A stretch of DNA of 63,590 nucleotides, counting the filler, from Octopus bimaculoides (lineage: Eukaryota): assembly GCF_001194135.2 (NCBI RefSeq). It is 6 parts of 6 records of this genome, joined end to end, with 100 filler letters (N's around TTAATTAATTAA, not from the genome) between each part and the next. Parts side by side here need not be neighbours in the genome. Positions count along the whole stretch, not along the records: positions 56,542 to 63,590 come from NC_068989.1; 5 more parts are not named here. The stretch is one strand, 5' to 3'. The notes under the pieces are model-generated. The model did no database searches. It saw only the letters and a list, made by a program, of their open reading frames with translations, and was not told the DNA's origin. A program made the position numbers and the translations under genes. Positions 63,436 to 63,590 of this stretch are shown in pieces. Within the stretch, counting starts at the first letter, position 1. Each line of letters opens with the position of its first letter.

Positions 63436-63590
63436 ACCAGATAATTATAATAACCATATACAATAGTGACCAGTTATTACACCAAGGTGGACACGTGTGA
63501 ATCGGTTAATAATAATTAGTTACTGCTGACAATATATCACCTGATAATGAAGAAACGTCACAAAAAAGAAAAAAACAAACGAAGCTAAGT

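Noticed and set aside
62916-63466. Ser/Gly/Ala/Val-rich and poly-Thr ORFs
   Set aside because: They are produced by degenerate trinucleotide repeats and open in several frames on both strands.

Overview
AT-rich, microsatellite-dense eukaryotic DNA with about 4.5 kb of N-gaps. The SINE families and repeat landscape fit an Octopus genome (inference). I could not support any host protein-coding gene; the window reads as intergenic or deep intronic. It holds decayed mobile elements: six Penelope-like element (PLE) fragments from two lineages, an internally deleted Mag-like Gypsy element with both LTRs, PBS, PPT and TSD, two mariner fragments, a Tc1 fragment, an R4/Dong-like LINE, an RTE LINE tail, many tRNA-derived SINEs, MITEs and a tRNA-Ala pseudogene. 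The most notable signal is a population of minimal type I hammerhead ribozyme (HHR) motifs from several families. These include a repeat unit carrying two tandem hammerheads (16.9-18.2 kb), present in direct and inverted copies whose consensus restores the catalytic core, and a near-intact HHR at 26123-26167. PLE-associated HHRs are a known class; whether these families are described or active cannot be told from sequence alone.
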